Source: an uncultured Acidobacteriota bacterium (GTDB taxonomy: Bacteria > Acidobacteriota > UBA6911). From it: a DNA stretch of 64,000 bases. A model generated the notes under the pieces. The model did not search any database. It was given only the letters and a program-made list of their open reading frames with translations, and was not told the DNA's origin. The position numbers and the translations under genes are program-made. The first letter of the stretch is position 1. Every line of letters starts with the position of its first letter. Below, piece after piece: positions 18,103-27,749 of the stretch. Where the stretch lies: contig CAVVHG010000012.1 in NCBI GenBank assembly GCA_963747985.1, positions 36,054 through 100,053 on the forward strand. The letters are read 5' to 3'.

Positions 18103-18675
18103 GTGAAGATCGTTACTGTGCTCGGAAGTCCGCGAAAACGCGGCAATACCGCAGCAGTCCTGGAGGCTTTTGAGCGCTTGGCTTCTGAGAATCAGCACAC
18201 AGTTGAGCGCATCAATGCCGTGGATTTTACTGTCCGGGGTTGCCTGGGTTGTGATGCATGCTTTGAGGTTCCCGATGAGCCAGGATGTGCCCAGGACGAT
18301 GATGATGCCGTCTGGATACTCAAACGCATTCTGGAAGCTGACCTCGTCGTATACGCGACGCCCGTATATGCCTGGGGATTCACGGCTCAGGTGAAGCCTT
18401 TGATCGACCGGCACTACTGTCTGGTCAAATGGCAGGGGGACGAAGTTGCCTCTGCGCTGATGGCCGGTAAGCGCGCCGCCCTGCTGGCGACCTGTGGCGG
18501 CGATGCGGCAGGCAACGCTGACTTGCTGGAGGAGGCGTTCAAACGCCTGTTGGATTACGCGCAGTGTCAGCCGGCAGGCGTCTACGTGCTGGACAATTGT
18601 GGCAGCAGACCGGTTGGGCCCTGCGCAGATGGTGAAGCGCTGGCCCGGCGCATGGCACGCGAATTGCTCCCCTGA
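18103..18675 (+). CDS. NADPH-dependent FMN reductase / flavodoxin-like fold protein.
   Basis: KIVTVLGSPRKRGNTAAVLEAF...DLVVYATPVYAWGFTAQVKPLIDR. Likely a GTG start. Confidence 0.7.
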   Translation: MKIVTVLGSPRKRGNTAAVLEAFERLASENQHTVERINAVDFTVRGCLGCDACFEVPDEPGCAQDDDDAVWILKRILEADLVVYATPVYAWGFTAQVKPLIDRHYCLVKWQGDEVASALMAGKRAALLATCGGDAAGNADLLEEAFKRLLDYAQCQPAGVYVLDNCGSRPVGPCADGEALARRMARELLP

Positions 18676-18791
18676 GTTATCAGCCGGGCTCGAGTCGCAC
18701 AGGACAGCTTCGCATCTGTCTGTTTCAGGAGTTCCAGCCGGGGCCGCGCCCGCAACCAACAAACGCCATCGTACCGGATCGGATCCAATAG

Positions 18792-20537
18792 TCATCTGCG
18801 TGAATCCAGCGGTTCCACGATCCAGTTGCCCGGGCTGAGTGTGACTCCGGCGATCAGTTCCGATCCGAGAAGAATGCGCTCTGAGCCGGTTCCGTCTTCG
18901 TGAAGCCGGTAGAGGGTGTTTTCGTCCACAACGAACCACTCGGGGAATTCGTTCAGCCGCACATAATTCTTGTCAAGATTGATAACGCGGCGATGGCGGG
19001 CATGATCCCACAGGACGACGTTTGATTCAGGCCCGGCGAAATTCAGGAAGAGCTTTGTGCCCTCGCGCACCGCTCCAAGACGCATTCCCGGTTTCCAATG
19101 GGCGGGGCGAACGCCCTGGCTCTTCATCAGGGCATAGAGAAGCGCCGTGCGATTGAAGTTACCTTCGCCATACCAGTTTTCGATGTGGCCGTCGGGCCGC
19201 TGCATTCCGAGCATGACCTTCATCTCGGAGTCGATCCAGTCGAATGCTTCGGGCAGAGGCTCGCGATTTGCCAGGTAGATCGCGCCTTCAATTGAATCAG
19301 CGTAGCCGTCGAAGGATCCCAGGGGCAGTTTTGGATTCGGCTCCCAGACATGGTTCCTGTATTTGGGGAGGTTCCTCAGAACCTTGCGCACTGCTTCGCG
19401 GTACTTCTCCCCTCCGCCACACTGGTAATAGGTATATACAGCACCATAAACGTAGCCCCAGTTGTCGGAGAGTCCGGCATCGACGGGCCTCAGCGTAGCA
19501 GCCCCAACCTCGTTGTACAGCATGCCGTCGGGATTGGCGGAGGCGAGAATGCGGTCCAGCATACTGGCGATCGCCGGGCGGTACTCTTCGGCACGCGGAG
19601 TCTGCCAATAGTTCTCGAGGGTATACAGAAGCGCGAGGCCGACCACCATCTCGTTGCCGTGGTCCCTCAGCCGCAGGCGGCCGTCCCCGCTGTGGCGGCA
19701 GAAATCCCAATTGCTGCTTGGCACCCCATGGTTTCCGGGCAGGACTTCTTCCACGTAGGCGTCGCCGATGCGCCGTGCCCATTCGATGAAGCGCCTGTCG
19801 TTGGACATGGCGGCCAGGCGTACCAGCGTCTGAAGGTAATCCCCGTTGAGTTCGGCGTCGGATGCGGGCAGCTTGCCAAAGCGCGAATCGACCGGGGCGC
19901 GATTCATTGCGTCAGCGGTCATATCGAGCATCCGGTAGTACCAGGGAGTGCGCCCCAGGTACTCCGTGACAGCCAGCAGCCCGTCCTTGGCGTACTCCCC
20001 GGCACCGAACAGGCTCGGCGGGCCTAACTCGCCGGTGCTCATCTCCAGGTTGGCAGGTATTGAATCCTGCACCGTTGTGAACCGGACCTCGTTGCGCAGC
20101 ATTTCCAGAAGTCTGCCGTTGTACAGATCAGGGTCCGTGATGTGCGCGGTCAGGATCAGGTAGGGATACAGATCCGCTCCCGAGTTATGGGGTGTGTAAA
20201 GCCGGCTGGTGTCGCCTTCCTTCAAACCCAGTGCACCTCCGGGGACACGGTCGGGCAGGAGCGACGTCCTGGGATCCGCGTGCGTCAGCCAGACCTTCAA
20301 AACGCGTTGCGAGGCCGTCAGACGCCTGTTCGAACTGCCTGCCGTTCTCGCTTGCGGCACGGAACCGGCCATCGTCTTGAGCCATCGTGGCGCTTGGCAA
20401 GAGACAGGCAAGAACCACCAGAACCTCCGCAATCGGGGCCTGACGACGATAGTTGTTGCGAGTGCGCGGGAAACGTTCATTCGAGCGCCTGGTTTCTGGG
20501 CCTGGAATGGATTCTTGCGGCCCCTTGTCTGTTGTAA
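18792..20537 (-). CDS. Secreted (alpha/alpha)6-barrel glycosidase-like protein. The signal peptide and the mature part are in different frames, so an apparent frameshift lies near 20250-20300.
   Basis: AGGAG lies 6 nt upstream of ATG 20537. That frame gives MLTTDKGPQESIPGPETRRSNERFPRTRNNYRRQAPIAEVLVVLACLLPSATMAQDDG... and stops at 20185. The long 620-aa frame (18792..20654) has no signal peptide and no RBS at its start. It carries the body of the protein (...DGHIENWYGEGNFNRTALLYALMKSQG...). Confidence 0.5.
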   Translation of the reverse strand, partial: LQQTRGRKNPFQAQKPGARMNVSRALATTIVVRPRLRRFWWFLPVSCQAPRWLKTMAGSVPQARTAGSSNRRLTASQRVLKVWLTHADPRTSLLPDRVPGGALGLKEGDTSRLYTPHNSGADLYPYLILTAHITDPDLYNGRLLEMLRNEVRFTTVQDSIPANLEMSTGELGPPSLFGAGEYAKDGLLAVTEYLGRTPWYYRMLDMTADAMNRAPVDSRFGKLPASDAELNGDYLQTLVRLAAMSNDRRFIEWARRIGDAYVEEVLPGNHGVPSSNWDFCRHSGDGRLRLRDHGNEMVVGLALLYTLENYWQTPRAEEYRPAIASMLDRILASANPDGMLYNEVGAATLRPVDAGLSDNWGYVYGAVYTYYQCGGGEKYREAVRKVLRNLPKYRNHVWEPNPKLPLGSFDGYADSIEGAIYLANREPLPEAFDWIDSEMKVMLGMQRPDGHIENWYGEGNFNRTALLYALMKSQGVRPAHWKPGMRLGAVREGTKLFLNFAGPESNVVLWDHARHRRVINLDKNYVRLNEFPEWFVVDENTLYRLHEDGTGSERILLGSELIAGVTLSPGNWIVEPLDSRR

Positions 20538-20703
20538 GCATCTTTTGCTCCTGCCGGAAAGCCGCTGCCGGCTCTCCCTCCTTTCTATCCAATCTGCCAA
20601 GGAAGCATCCGATGCTTTGTACAAAGCGCGCTGCAACACCTTGCCTGCTCCCACTGGAACATCCTACACTGGGACGGCACAAGAGAGCTAACCGCATGCT
20701 CAG

Positions 20704-21504
20704 ATGTCTGCTTCTATGAAGACTGTCGTCTATAGCGCCCTCTTCGGTCGATACGAGCCCTTCCAGGAAATCGCGCTTGCAGCGCGCGACACCGCCGATT
20801 TCCTCCTGTTTACCGACACGCCCGGCTTGCAATCTGTCACCTGGAAGGTTATCTACGTCGGTCGCCTTTTCGCCGATCCGGCGCGTGCGGCCCGTTGTGT
20901 CAAGATCCTGGCTCACGAGTATGTGGCAGGTTACGACGTCAGCGTCTACCACGACGCCCGCATCTGCCTCAAGGTGCCGCCATCCGAACTCCTTGCGGAT
21001 TTCCTGCCCGATCAGCACTCCCGGTTCGCCTGCGTCAGGCATCCGGACCGTGACTGCATCTACGAAGAAGCCGAGATTATCGCCAGCAGCCGGATGGACG
21101 ATCCCGAGAAGGTGTATCACCAAGTGGCGCGCTACCGGGATGAGGGCTACCCCGCGCACAACGGGCTTATCGCCGGCGGTTTCCTCGTCCGGTGGCACAA
21201 CGACCCTCAGGTTGTCGCTGCCATGAAGAACTGGTGGCTGGAAGTCGCGGAAGGCAGTTGCAGGGACCAATTGAGCTTCAACTACATCGCATGGAAGCTC
21301 AGGTTCGCCTTTAATGCACTTGATTGCGATCTACGCGACAACCGATTCTTCGACTGGCTCCCGCCAGCCCCTAATCGCATACCGTATGGTTTTAACGATG
21401 CAGAGTACCTGGCCTTGAACCCGGATGTGGCCGCCGCCCGCATGGACCCTCGATACCATTGGTCGCGCTACGGCTACAGGGAGGGCCGCCGCTTTCGCCT
21501 CTAG
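20704..21504 (+). CDS. DUF616 (TOD1/MUCI70-like) putative glycosyltransferase-family protein.
   Basis: VVYSALFGRYEPFQE...DFLLFTDTP...HPDRDCIYEEAEI...GYPAHNGLIAGGFLVRWHN resembles the DUF616 motif pattern. Confidence 0.5.
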   Translation: MSASMKTVVYSALFGRYEPFQEIALAARDTADFLLFTDTPGLQSVTWKVIYVGRLFADPARAARCVKILAHEYVAGYDVSVYHDARICLKVPPSELLADFLPDQHSRFACVRHPDRDCIYEEAEIIASSRMDDPEKVYHQVARYRDEGYPAHNGLIAGGFLVRWHNDPQVVAAMKNWWLEVAEGSCRDQLSFNYIAWKLRFAFNALDCDLRDNRFFDWLPPAPNRIPYGFNDAEYLALNPDVAAARMDPRYHWSRYGYREGRRFRL

Positions 21505-21758
21505 CCGGGGAGTGGGACACCACAATCAACCTCGCGGAAAGCCACCTGCCGTCGCCGTCACGGTGCCTCCTTGCGGTATCTGCGCATGATCTGGCGTCTG
21601 GGTTCGTTGTCTGCAAATACCTGCCAGGCGGCGATGCACCTGCCAGCCACAACTGCCCGCCAAACAGCCGGGGTGCTCCAGCGATCGGAAGGGTCGAGGT
21701 TACCATCTGGCGAATCTAATTGCGATCCTCCCCTCTCATGGACCGGTATCGCAAAGAA

Positions 21759-24290
21759 CTATTCGTACCGCAGCGCGACCATCGGGTCGACCCTGGTGGC
21801 CCGGAGCGCGGGAACGATCCCCGCGAGCGCGCCAACAGCCAGAAGGATGAGCGTGCCGCCCGCAATCGCGATCGGATCCTGGGCTCCCACGCCATACAGC
21901 AGTGACTTGATGACCTTTGACGCGGCAATTGCTGCGGGAACTCCGATCGCCACTCCGATGCCGACGAGCAGCGCTGCGTCACAAAGGATCAACGTCAGCA
22001 CCTCCGGGCGCCGTGCGCCCAGGGCGACGCGAATGCCGATCTCCCGTGTCCTGCGAGTCACCGCATATGAGAGCACACCGTAAAGGCCGACGCCCGCCAG
22101 GAGAAGGGCGAGCATCCCGAAAAATCCGGAGAGGGTGGCAATGAGCCTGTCCTCGAGAACGTTTGCGTCGACCTGGTCCTGCAGTGTTCTGGAGTGTGTC
22201 ACCGGGACTGAGGGATCAAGTCCTGCGGCGAGATGCCGCACGGTTTCGATCAGTTCCGGAGCCGATCGTGTTGTGCGGACGCACACGCTTCGGGATGGCC
22301 AGAGGGCCCTCCAGGTCGGCACGTACAGCATCGGTTTGGGCGTCTCTCGCAGGCTGAAGTAGTAGGAGTCTTTCACAATCCCTACGATCTCGTATGCGCG
22401 CTCGGGATTGTATTTCTCGTCGAGCGCGATGTGCAGCCCGATCGGGTTCCGCCCCCCGAAAAACTGCTTTGCCGAGCTCTCGTTGATGATCATGACGCGT
22501 GGGCCAGGCGGCTCCTCCGGTGGCTTCCCTGGGATGTCTTGTTCCGGAGGTGCAGGGTAGTACACCGGGTTGTCCTCGTCGCGGAAGTCGCGGCCGAGCA
22601 CCAGCGGAATCCCCATCGTCTCGAAGAAACGGGGAGACACCGCATTCATGTCGATGTACTTCACGTCCGCCGGTTTCCACTGGTAGCCTTCGACCGTGAA
22701 GTCCTCATTCCACTGCATCCCACTCAGGGGAGTAATGGCCGCAAGGCTGACAGCACGCACTCCCGGTACCGTCTCCACCTCAGTTCGCAGGCGATCATAG
22801 AACTCCCGCAGCCGCTGCCCCTTGTACCCATTGGGAGTTGGGTCGATGGATATCAGGAGAGTGTGCTCGGGCCGGAACCCGGGATCGATGTCCTGTAACT
22901 TACCCAGACTGCGTACAAACAGGCCCGCGACGATAAGCAGCATTACCGAAAGCGCCACCTGCAGGACCACCAGCGCGTTTCGCAGCGTGACGCGTGAAGA
23001 TCCTCCGGACCCTGCAACCTCATCCTTGAGCGCCGGCACCAGATCCGGACGGGTGGAGCGCAGGGCGGGAACGATACCCGACAGCACGCCCGTGAGCAAC
23101 GAGACCGCGGCCGCAAAGCCAAGCAGACGCAGATCAGGTGAAATGCTCATCGACCCCAGGTCCGATTCCGCCGGTGGCACGAAGGTGAGCAGAACCCTGG
23201 TGCCGATGCGCGACAGCATCACACCTAAGACGCCACCGAGCAGCGCGATGATGATGCTCTCCACCAGGAGCTGACCCGTCAATCGGGCCCGTGTTGCGCC
23301 GACGGCCAGCCGGATGGCCACCTCGCGCCGCCGCGCGGTCCCGCGCACGAGCATGAGGTTTGCCACGTTTGCGCAGGCAACCAGCAGGACGAGGCCGACT
23401 ACCGACATCAGGATGAGGAGAGGTTTCTCCAGCCGGGTTCGTATGTAGGAATGCCCGGTCGCGGCGGGCTGCAGCACAATAGGCTGGGCGCGGTTCACGA
23501 ATCTCGGATCCTGCGTTGTGCGGAGTTCGGCCTGCTCCTGCTCGCGATAGATCGCGAACATCTCCGTTTCCGCCTGTTTCACCGTGGCGCCTGGTTTGAT
23601 CCGGCCAATGACTTGCAGCCACCACCAGTGTCTGGTATTCCAACGCGTGAACGGCTCGCCTGAGACCTCGCTGAACATCAGGATGGGAACGAAAAGATCG
23701 GGCGAGGCACTTGGATCGGTCCCATGGAATCCTCGCCGGGTGACGCCCACGATCGTAAAGGGGTAACCGTTGAGCCGGATCTTGCGTCCGACCACACGCG
23801 GATCTGAGCCAAAGCGGGACTGCCAGTAAGTGTGGCTCAGGACTACATAAGGCGAGGCACTCGGGGCGCGGTCGTCCGCTGCATTCAGGACGCGTCCGAG
23901 CGCAGGATCGACCCCGAGCACTGAGAAATAGTTGCCGGAAACGATTGCGGCGTTGACGATTTCAGCGGGAGTGGCGGAATCGGCGTCCGCCAGTTGCATG
24001 CCCAACCGCTGCATTCCACCCGTACAGGCGGCCAGCGTGATGCTCGTGTTGTGATCGCGAAACGCCACGTAGTCCGGGTAATTCCACGACGACCTGTCTT
24101 CGCCCGCAGTCACCCGGTAGAGCTCCTGGGGGGACTTTACCGGGAGCCGCTTCAGTAGCAGCGTGTCGATGATGGAGAAAATGGCGGTATTGGCACCGAT
24201 GCCAAGCGCAAGCGAAAGGACCGCGACAGCCGTAACTCCCGGGGTCTTCATGACCATTCGGAGCGAATAACGAAACTCCCCCCAGTTCAT
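21759..24290 (-). CDS. ADOP-family duplicated FtsX-like ABC transporter permease (MacB-like).
   Basis: RBS GGGAGGA precedes ATG 24290. MNWGEFRYSLRMVMKTPGVTAVAVLSLALGIGANTAIFSIIDTLLLKRLPV. Two FtsX permease repeats, ending ...GIVPALRATRVDPMVALRYE. About 840 aa, with no adjacent ATPase. Confidence 0.85.
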   Translation of the reverse strand: MNWGEFRYSLRMVMKTPGVTAVAVLSLALGIGANTAIFSIIDTLLLKRLPVKSPQELYRVTAGEDRSSWNYPDYVAFRDHNTSITLAACTGGMQRLGMQLADADSATPAEIVNAAIVSGNYFSVLGVDPALGRVLNAADDRAPSASPYVVLSHTYWQSRFGSDPRVVGRKIRLNGYPFTIVGVTRRGFHGTDPSASPDLFVPILMFSEVSGEPFTRWNTRHWWWLQVIGRIKPGATVKQAETEMFAIYREQEQAELRTTQDPRFVNRAQPIVLQPAATGHSYIRTRLEKPLLILMSVVGLVLLVACANVANLMLVRGTARRREVAIRLAVGATRARLTGQLLVESIIIALLGGVLGVMLSRIGTRVLLTFVPPAESDLGSMSISPDLRLLGFAAAVSLLTGVLSGIVPALRSTRPDLVPALKDEVAGSGGSSRVTLRNALVVLQVALSVMLLIVAGLFVRSLGKLQDIDPGFRPEHTLLISIDPTPNGYKGQRLREFYDRLRTEVETVPGVRAVSLAAITPLSGMQWNEDFTVEGYQWKPADVKYIDMNAVSPRFFETMGIPLVLGRDFRDEDNPVYYPAPPEQDIPGKPPEEPPGPRVMIINESSAKQFFGGRNPIGLHIALDEKYNPERAYEIVGIVKDSYYFSLRETPKPMLYVPTWRALWPSRSVCVRTTRSAPELIETVRHLAAGLDPSVPVTHSRTLQDQVDANVLEDRLIATLSGFFGMLALLLAGVGLYGVLSYAVTRRTREIGIRVALGARRPEVLTLILCDAALLVGIGVAIGVPAAIAASKVIKSLLYGVGAQDPIAIAGGTLILLAVGALAGIVPALRATRVDPMVALRYE

Positions 24291-24342
24291 GCGTCCTCCC
24301 CTGCAACGGCAAGTTGCGGCACCGAAAGCCTCGTTTCGACTG

Positions 24343-24394
24343 AACCAGATTACCATGCTATCGATGGCAGTTTTATAATGGCGACGGAGACAAC
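24343..24394 (+). promoter_or_regulatory. Sigma70-type promoter cassette, copy 1 (TTACCA, 18 nt spacer, TATAAT-GGCG), shared with 32731-32782.
   Basis: aaccagaTTACCAtgctatcgatggcagttTTATAATggcgacggagacaac. About 85% identical over ~50 nt to the copy at 32731. It lies in the divergent region upstream of the amidohydrolase gene at 24414. Confidence 0.5.
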
Positions 24395-24413
24395 AAGACG
24401 GAGACAATGAAAA

Positions 24414-25706
24414 ATGATGAGACTGGTTTATCTTGCATCGGGGTTCTTCATGGGCGTACTGATGACTCTCGCGATCCCGGCATTTGCTCAATACGATCTG
24501 CTGCTCAAGGGAGGGCATGTCATCGATCCGAAAAACGGGATCGACGGAATCATGGACGTTGCCGTCGCCGCGGGAAAGATCGCGGCAGTCGCTCCGGAAA
24601 TCGATCCGCGCAAGGCGATGAAGGCGATCGACGTGCGCGGACTGTACGTGACCCCCGGCGCTATCGATATCCACACTCACCTATTTGCCACGACCGGGAT
24701 CCCGAATGCCTGGGCCGGGGATAAGAGCGTGCTCCCGGACGGCTTCAGCTTCCGCTCAGGCGTAACCACGATGGTGGACGCGGGCTCCGCGGGATGGCGC
24801 AATTTTGAGCAGTTCCGGCAGACGGTCATAGACCGTGTGAAAACCCGCGTCTTCGCCTTCGTCAACATCGTCGGCCTCGGCATGGTCAGCAACTTTGTCG
24901 AGCAGGATGTGAAGGAGATGGATCCCGGGCAGGTTGCTCGTATCGCCGCGAAGCACAAGGACGTCGTGGTAGGCGTCAAGACGGCGCACTACGAAGGGCG
25001 TGACTGGGCCTCCGTGGACCGTGCCGTCGAGGCCGGCAAGCTCGCCAATCTCCCCGTCATGGTGGATTTCGGCTTCTTCATGGCTGAGCGTCCCTATTGG
25101 CAGCTCGTTTCACAACGGTTGCGGCCGGGAGATATCAGCACGCACATGTACCGCAGCGGCGTCCCGTGGGTCGACGAGAACGGGAAGCTGCTCGATTACC
25201 TTCGACAGGCGCGCGCCCGGGGCGTGAAATTCGACCTCGGCCATGGTGGTGGCAGCCTCGTCTTCCGCAATGCCATCCCCGCGATCCGGCAGAAGTTCTA
25301 CCCGGATTCGATCTCGACCGATCTCCATACGGACAGCATGAACGGAGCCATGATGGATTTCCCCACCGTGATGTCGAAGATGCTTGTCATGGGAATGTCC
25401 ATGGCGGAAATCGTTCTCCGTTCGACGTGGATGCCCGCCGAAGTGATTCACCACCCTGAGCTCGGACATCTGTCCGTTGGCTCCCCGGCCGACTTGGCGG
25501 TCTGGAGAATCGCCGAGGGTGAATTCGGATATGCAGATACCAGCGGCGGAAAGCTCGCGGGCACGCAGCGCATCAATTGCGAGATGACCCTGAAGGACGG
25601 AGCGATTGTTTGGGACTGGAACGCCCGTGGCGCTGTGGATTACAGAACCCTCGGTCCGTCCTACGGCCTGCGTGAAGGCGCGGACTACGTGATCGTCCCC
25701 AAGTAG
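24414..25706 (+). CDS. Amidohydrolase family protein (dihydroorotase/deacetylase-like metal-dependent hydrolase), secreted.
   Basis: Signal peptide MMRLVYLASGFFMGVLMTLAIPAFA. ...LLKGGHVIDPKNGIDGIMDVAVAAGKIAAV...VTPGAIDIHTHL is the amidohydrolase N-terminal metal-binding motif. Confidence 0.75.
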   Translation: MMRLVYLASGFFMGVLMTLAIPAFAQYDLLLKGGHVIDPKNGIDGIMDVAVAAGKIAAVAPEIDPRKAMKAIDVRGLYVTPGAIDIHTHLFATTGIPNAWAGDKSVLPDGFSFRSGVTTMVDAGSAGWRNFEQFRQTVIDRVKTRVFAFVNIVGLGMVSNFVEQDVKEMDPGQVARIAAKHKDVVVGVKTAHYEGRDWASVDRAVEAGKLANLPVMVDFGFFMAERPYWQLVSQRLRPGDISTHMYRSGVPWVDENGKLLDYLRQARARGVKFDLGHGGGSLVFRNAIPAIRQKFYPDSISTDLHTDSMNGAMMDFPTVMSKMLVMGMSMAEIVLRSTWMPAEVIHHPELGHLSVGSPADLAVWRIAEGEFGYADTSGGKLAGTQRINCEMTLKDGAIVWDWNARGAVDYRTLGPSYGLREGADYVIVPK

Positions 25707-25972
25707 CGCTTCTATGGTAAGCGGACCAGGAAGCTCTCTGGCCTGCTGCCGCAAAGTGACCGCTGTTCAACCCCTTCAGCGTTGGACCCTGGGGCGGATT
25801 CCGGGAACACGATGACCATCAAGACTCGCCCCTGAATGGGTTGGACAGTTTCCTTGCCGCACACGCAGACCGTTCTGCTGCGCGAATCTCCGTGTGGCGA
25901 CTTTCTGAATTACAGGTAGGGTGCAAGGGTGTTGTTGCACGAGGGTGAATCCTGCGGCAGGCGGGAAGCCGG

Positions 25973-26755
25973 TCAACGGAGCAGGAGGAGGCGGGTCCAG
26001 TAAGAGACCGGCGCTGCCAGGATCAGGCTGTCAAACCGATCGAGCAGGCCGCCATGCCCCGGGAGGAGGCCGGAAAAATCCTTTGTGCCCAGGTGGCGCT
26101 TGATGAGCGAAAAGAGAAGGTCGCCGGCTGTGGCGGCCAGAGCGGTCAGCAGGCCGAGAAGAGCGAGCGCGGGAGCAGAGATGTCGGGCGTGAGGAAACC
26201 CAGCGTCGGCGCCAGTGCCGTGGCGCTCAGAATCCCGCCAAGAAACCCCTCCACTGTTTTGCACGGGCTCAATCGAACGCAAAGACGATGGCGTCCCAGC
26301 AACCTTCCCAGGAGCTGGGCGTAGCTGTCGGTTGCCGCTACCACGAGAAGCACCATTGAATAGGAACCGCGCCAGGTCTGAGCAGGACCGAGAAAAAGGT
26401 GCGTCAGGAGACCGGCAGCAACCACGAAGAACAAGACGGCAAGCGTCAGGGCGTGAGCCTTCCCGGCTACCTCTGTGCGGTCGTCGTTGGATCGACGACT
26501 GCGGCGGAGGAGCCTGTACAGCTCTGCCGTGCCTCCAGCCGCGATAACGGCATAAAACGATAGGGTGTAAGACCGTCCTGCAGCGCCCAGCGCCAGCAGC
26601 AGGCTGATCAGGGCAAGGTAGACGTTGTACTTGACCCAATCCAGCCGCCTTCCAGCGGCGTCTGAGCCTTTCAAACGATGCGTGATTGCGATCAGGATCG
26701 CTCCGATGGCGAAGAGCGCTCCTGAGGTAATGATCAGGAGGCTGTCAACGCACAT
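25973..26755 (-). CDS. cdsA: Phosphatidate cytidylyltransferase (CDP-diglyceride synthase).
   Basis: Multi-TM protein. ...SPCKTVEGFLGGILSA...LPGHGGLLDRFDSLI matches the CdsA signature (SPxKTxEG ... GHGGxxDRxDS). Confidence 0.8.
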   Translation of the reverse strand: MCVDSLLIITSGALFAIGAILIAITHRLKGSDAAGRRLDWVKYNVYLALISLLLALGAAGRSYTLSFYAVIAAGGTAELYRLLRRSRRSNDDRTEVAGKAHALTLAVLFFVVAAGLLTHLFLGPAQTWRGSYSMVLLVVAATDSYAQLLGRLLGRHRLCVRLSPCKTVEGFLGGILSATALAPTLGFLTPDISAPALALLGLLTALAATAGDLLFSLIKRHLGTKDFSGLLPGHGGLLDRFDSLILAAPVSYWTRLLLLR

Positions 26756-27684
26756 GACTCGATCTCCTCTGTCGGCGCCGTTTCCGGGGTGATCAAGCGC
26801 ACGGCCTTGGGCAGAATTTCGATCTCGAATTCCTGGTTACGGGTAAGGATCTCGCCGTCACCGAAGAAGGGAACGACCCGGTCGGTAAGAATGCGCGCAT
26901 GACGGAGGCGATCGCGCACCACTCCGGACAGGATGGCTCCCCGGCCGAGCGCGGCTTGGAGCACAATCCCTGCCTCACGGAGGTGGCTCCGCGGGTCGGG
27001 GATCGCGCAAAGATCGAGCAGCCCGTCATCATCGACGGCCTTGGGAGAAAGTGAGAAGAAGACGCCGAATCGCGGCTGGTTACTGAAGACGACCGCCATC
27101 ACGCGACCGCTATACAGCGGACGACAATTGTCGATCCGGATTTCAACAGATCGACTTCGGCCGAGTTCGTGAAGGGCGGCAAGGAGATATGTAGTCCGCC
27201 GCAGGAGCCTGGCGCGCACAATGGGTGCTTCTTTCAGCGACCTGCAGCAGTTGTGTCGGATCGCGACGCGGGAGGGGAGTCCCATGCCGCCGCAGGTCGC
27301 AAAGAGCTTCCCGTTGACTGCAACCAGGTCGATCGCTCTTGTGTGATCGGCAAGGATCACACGACAGCATTCTCTGATGTCGCTTTTGAGCCCGATCGAG
27401 CGTGCCAGGTCGTTTGCCGTCCCGTGAGGCAGGATGCCGATCGGAACATCGTATCGCGCGGCAACCGCGAGAAGGCGGTGAACCGTCCCGTCCCCTCCGA
27501 CCGCGACCAGTCTGAGCCCTTCGGAACGATGCGCACGGCAGAGCGATTCGATTACAGGACTGGACGGGTCGATGATCAGAGAAACCTCCCGCTCCGGGAG
27601 AAACCCGCTCAGGAGCCCCTGCACGGACCTGATCCGGCCATCGCCGGCCCGGCTGCTCATCACGACGATGTAGCGCACGATGGA
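26734..27684 (-). CDS. Diacylglycerol-kinase catalytic-domain lipid kinase (YegS/BmrU-like).
   Basis: ...RYIVVMSSRAGDG...LRLVAVGGDGTVHRLL...ILPHGTANDLARSIG carries the DAGK_cat motifs including GGDGT. Its 3' end overlaps the cdsA start by about 22 nt. The start is taken at the GTG that follows GGAG (27684). Confidence 0.65.
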   Translation of the reverse strand, partial: SIVRYIVVMSSRAGDGRIRSVQGLLSGFLPEREVSLIIDPSSPVIESLCRAHRSEGLRLVAVGGDGTVHRLLAVAARYDVPIGILPHGTANDLARSIGLKSDIRECCRVILADHTRAIDLVAVNGKLFATCGGMGLPSRVAIRHNCCRSLKEAPIVRARLLRRTTYLLAALHELGRSRSVEIRIDNCRPLYSGRVMAVVFSNQPRFGVFFSLSPKAVDDDGLLDLCAIPDPRSHLREAGIVLQAALGRGAILSGVVRDRLRHARILTDRVVPFFGDGEILTRNQEFEIEILPKAVRLITPETAPTEEIESCALTAS

Positions 27685-27749
27685 TGCTCCCGGAGGACGA
27701 TATAGAGTGGACTCTGAACAGCGAAAGAGACCGACATATGATGCACTCC

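Noticed and set aside
19350-20027. 225-aa plus-strand ORF within the glycosidase-like gene
   Set aside because: It is antisense to the long minus-strand CDS and has no motifs.
24407-24724. 105-aa ORF (MKNDETGLSC...) overlapping the amidohydrolase start
   Set aside because: Its product is Arg/Asp-rich and low-complexity. The alternative frame encodes a signal peptide plus amidohydrolase motifs.
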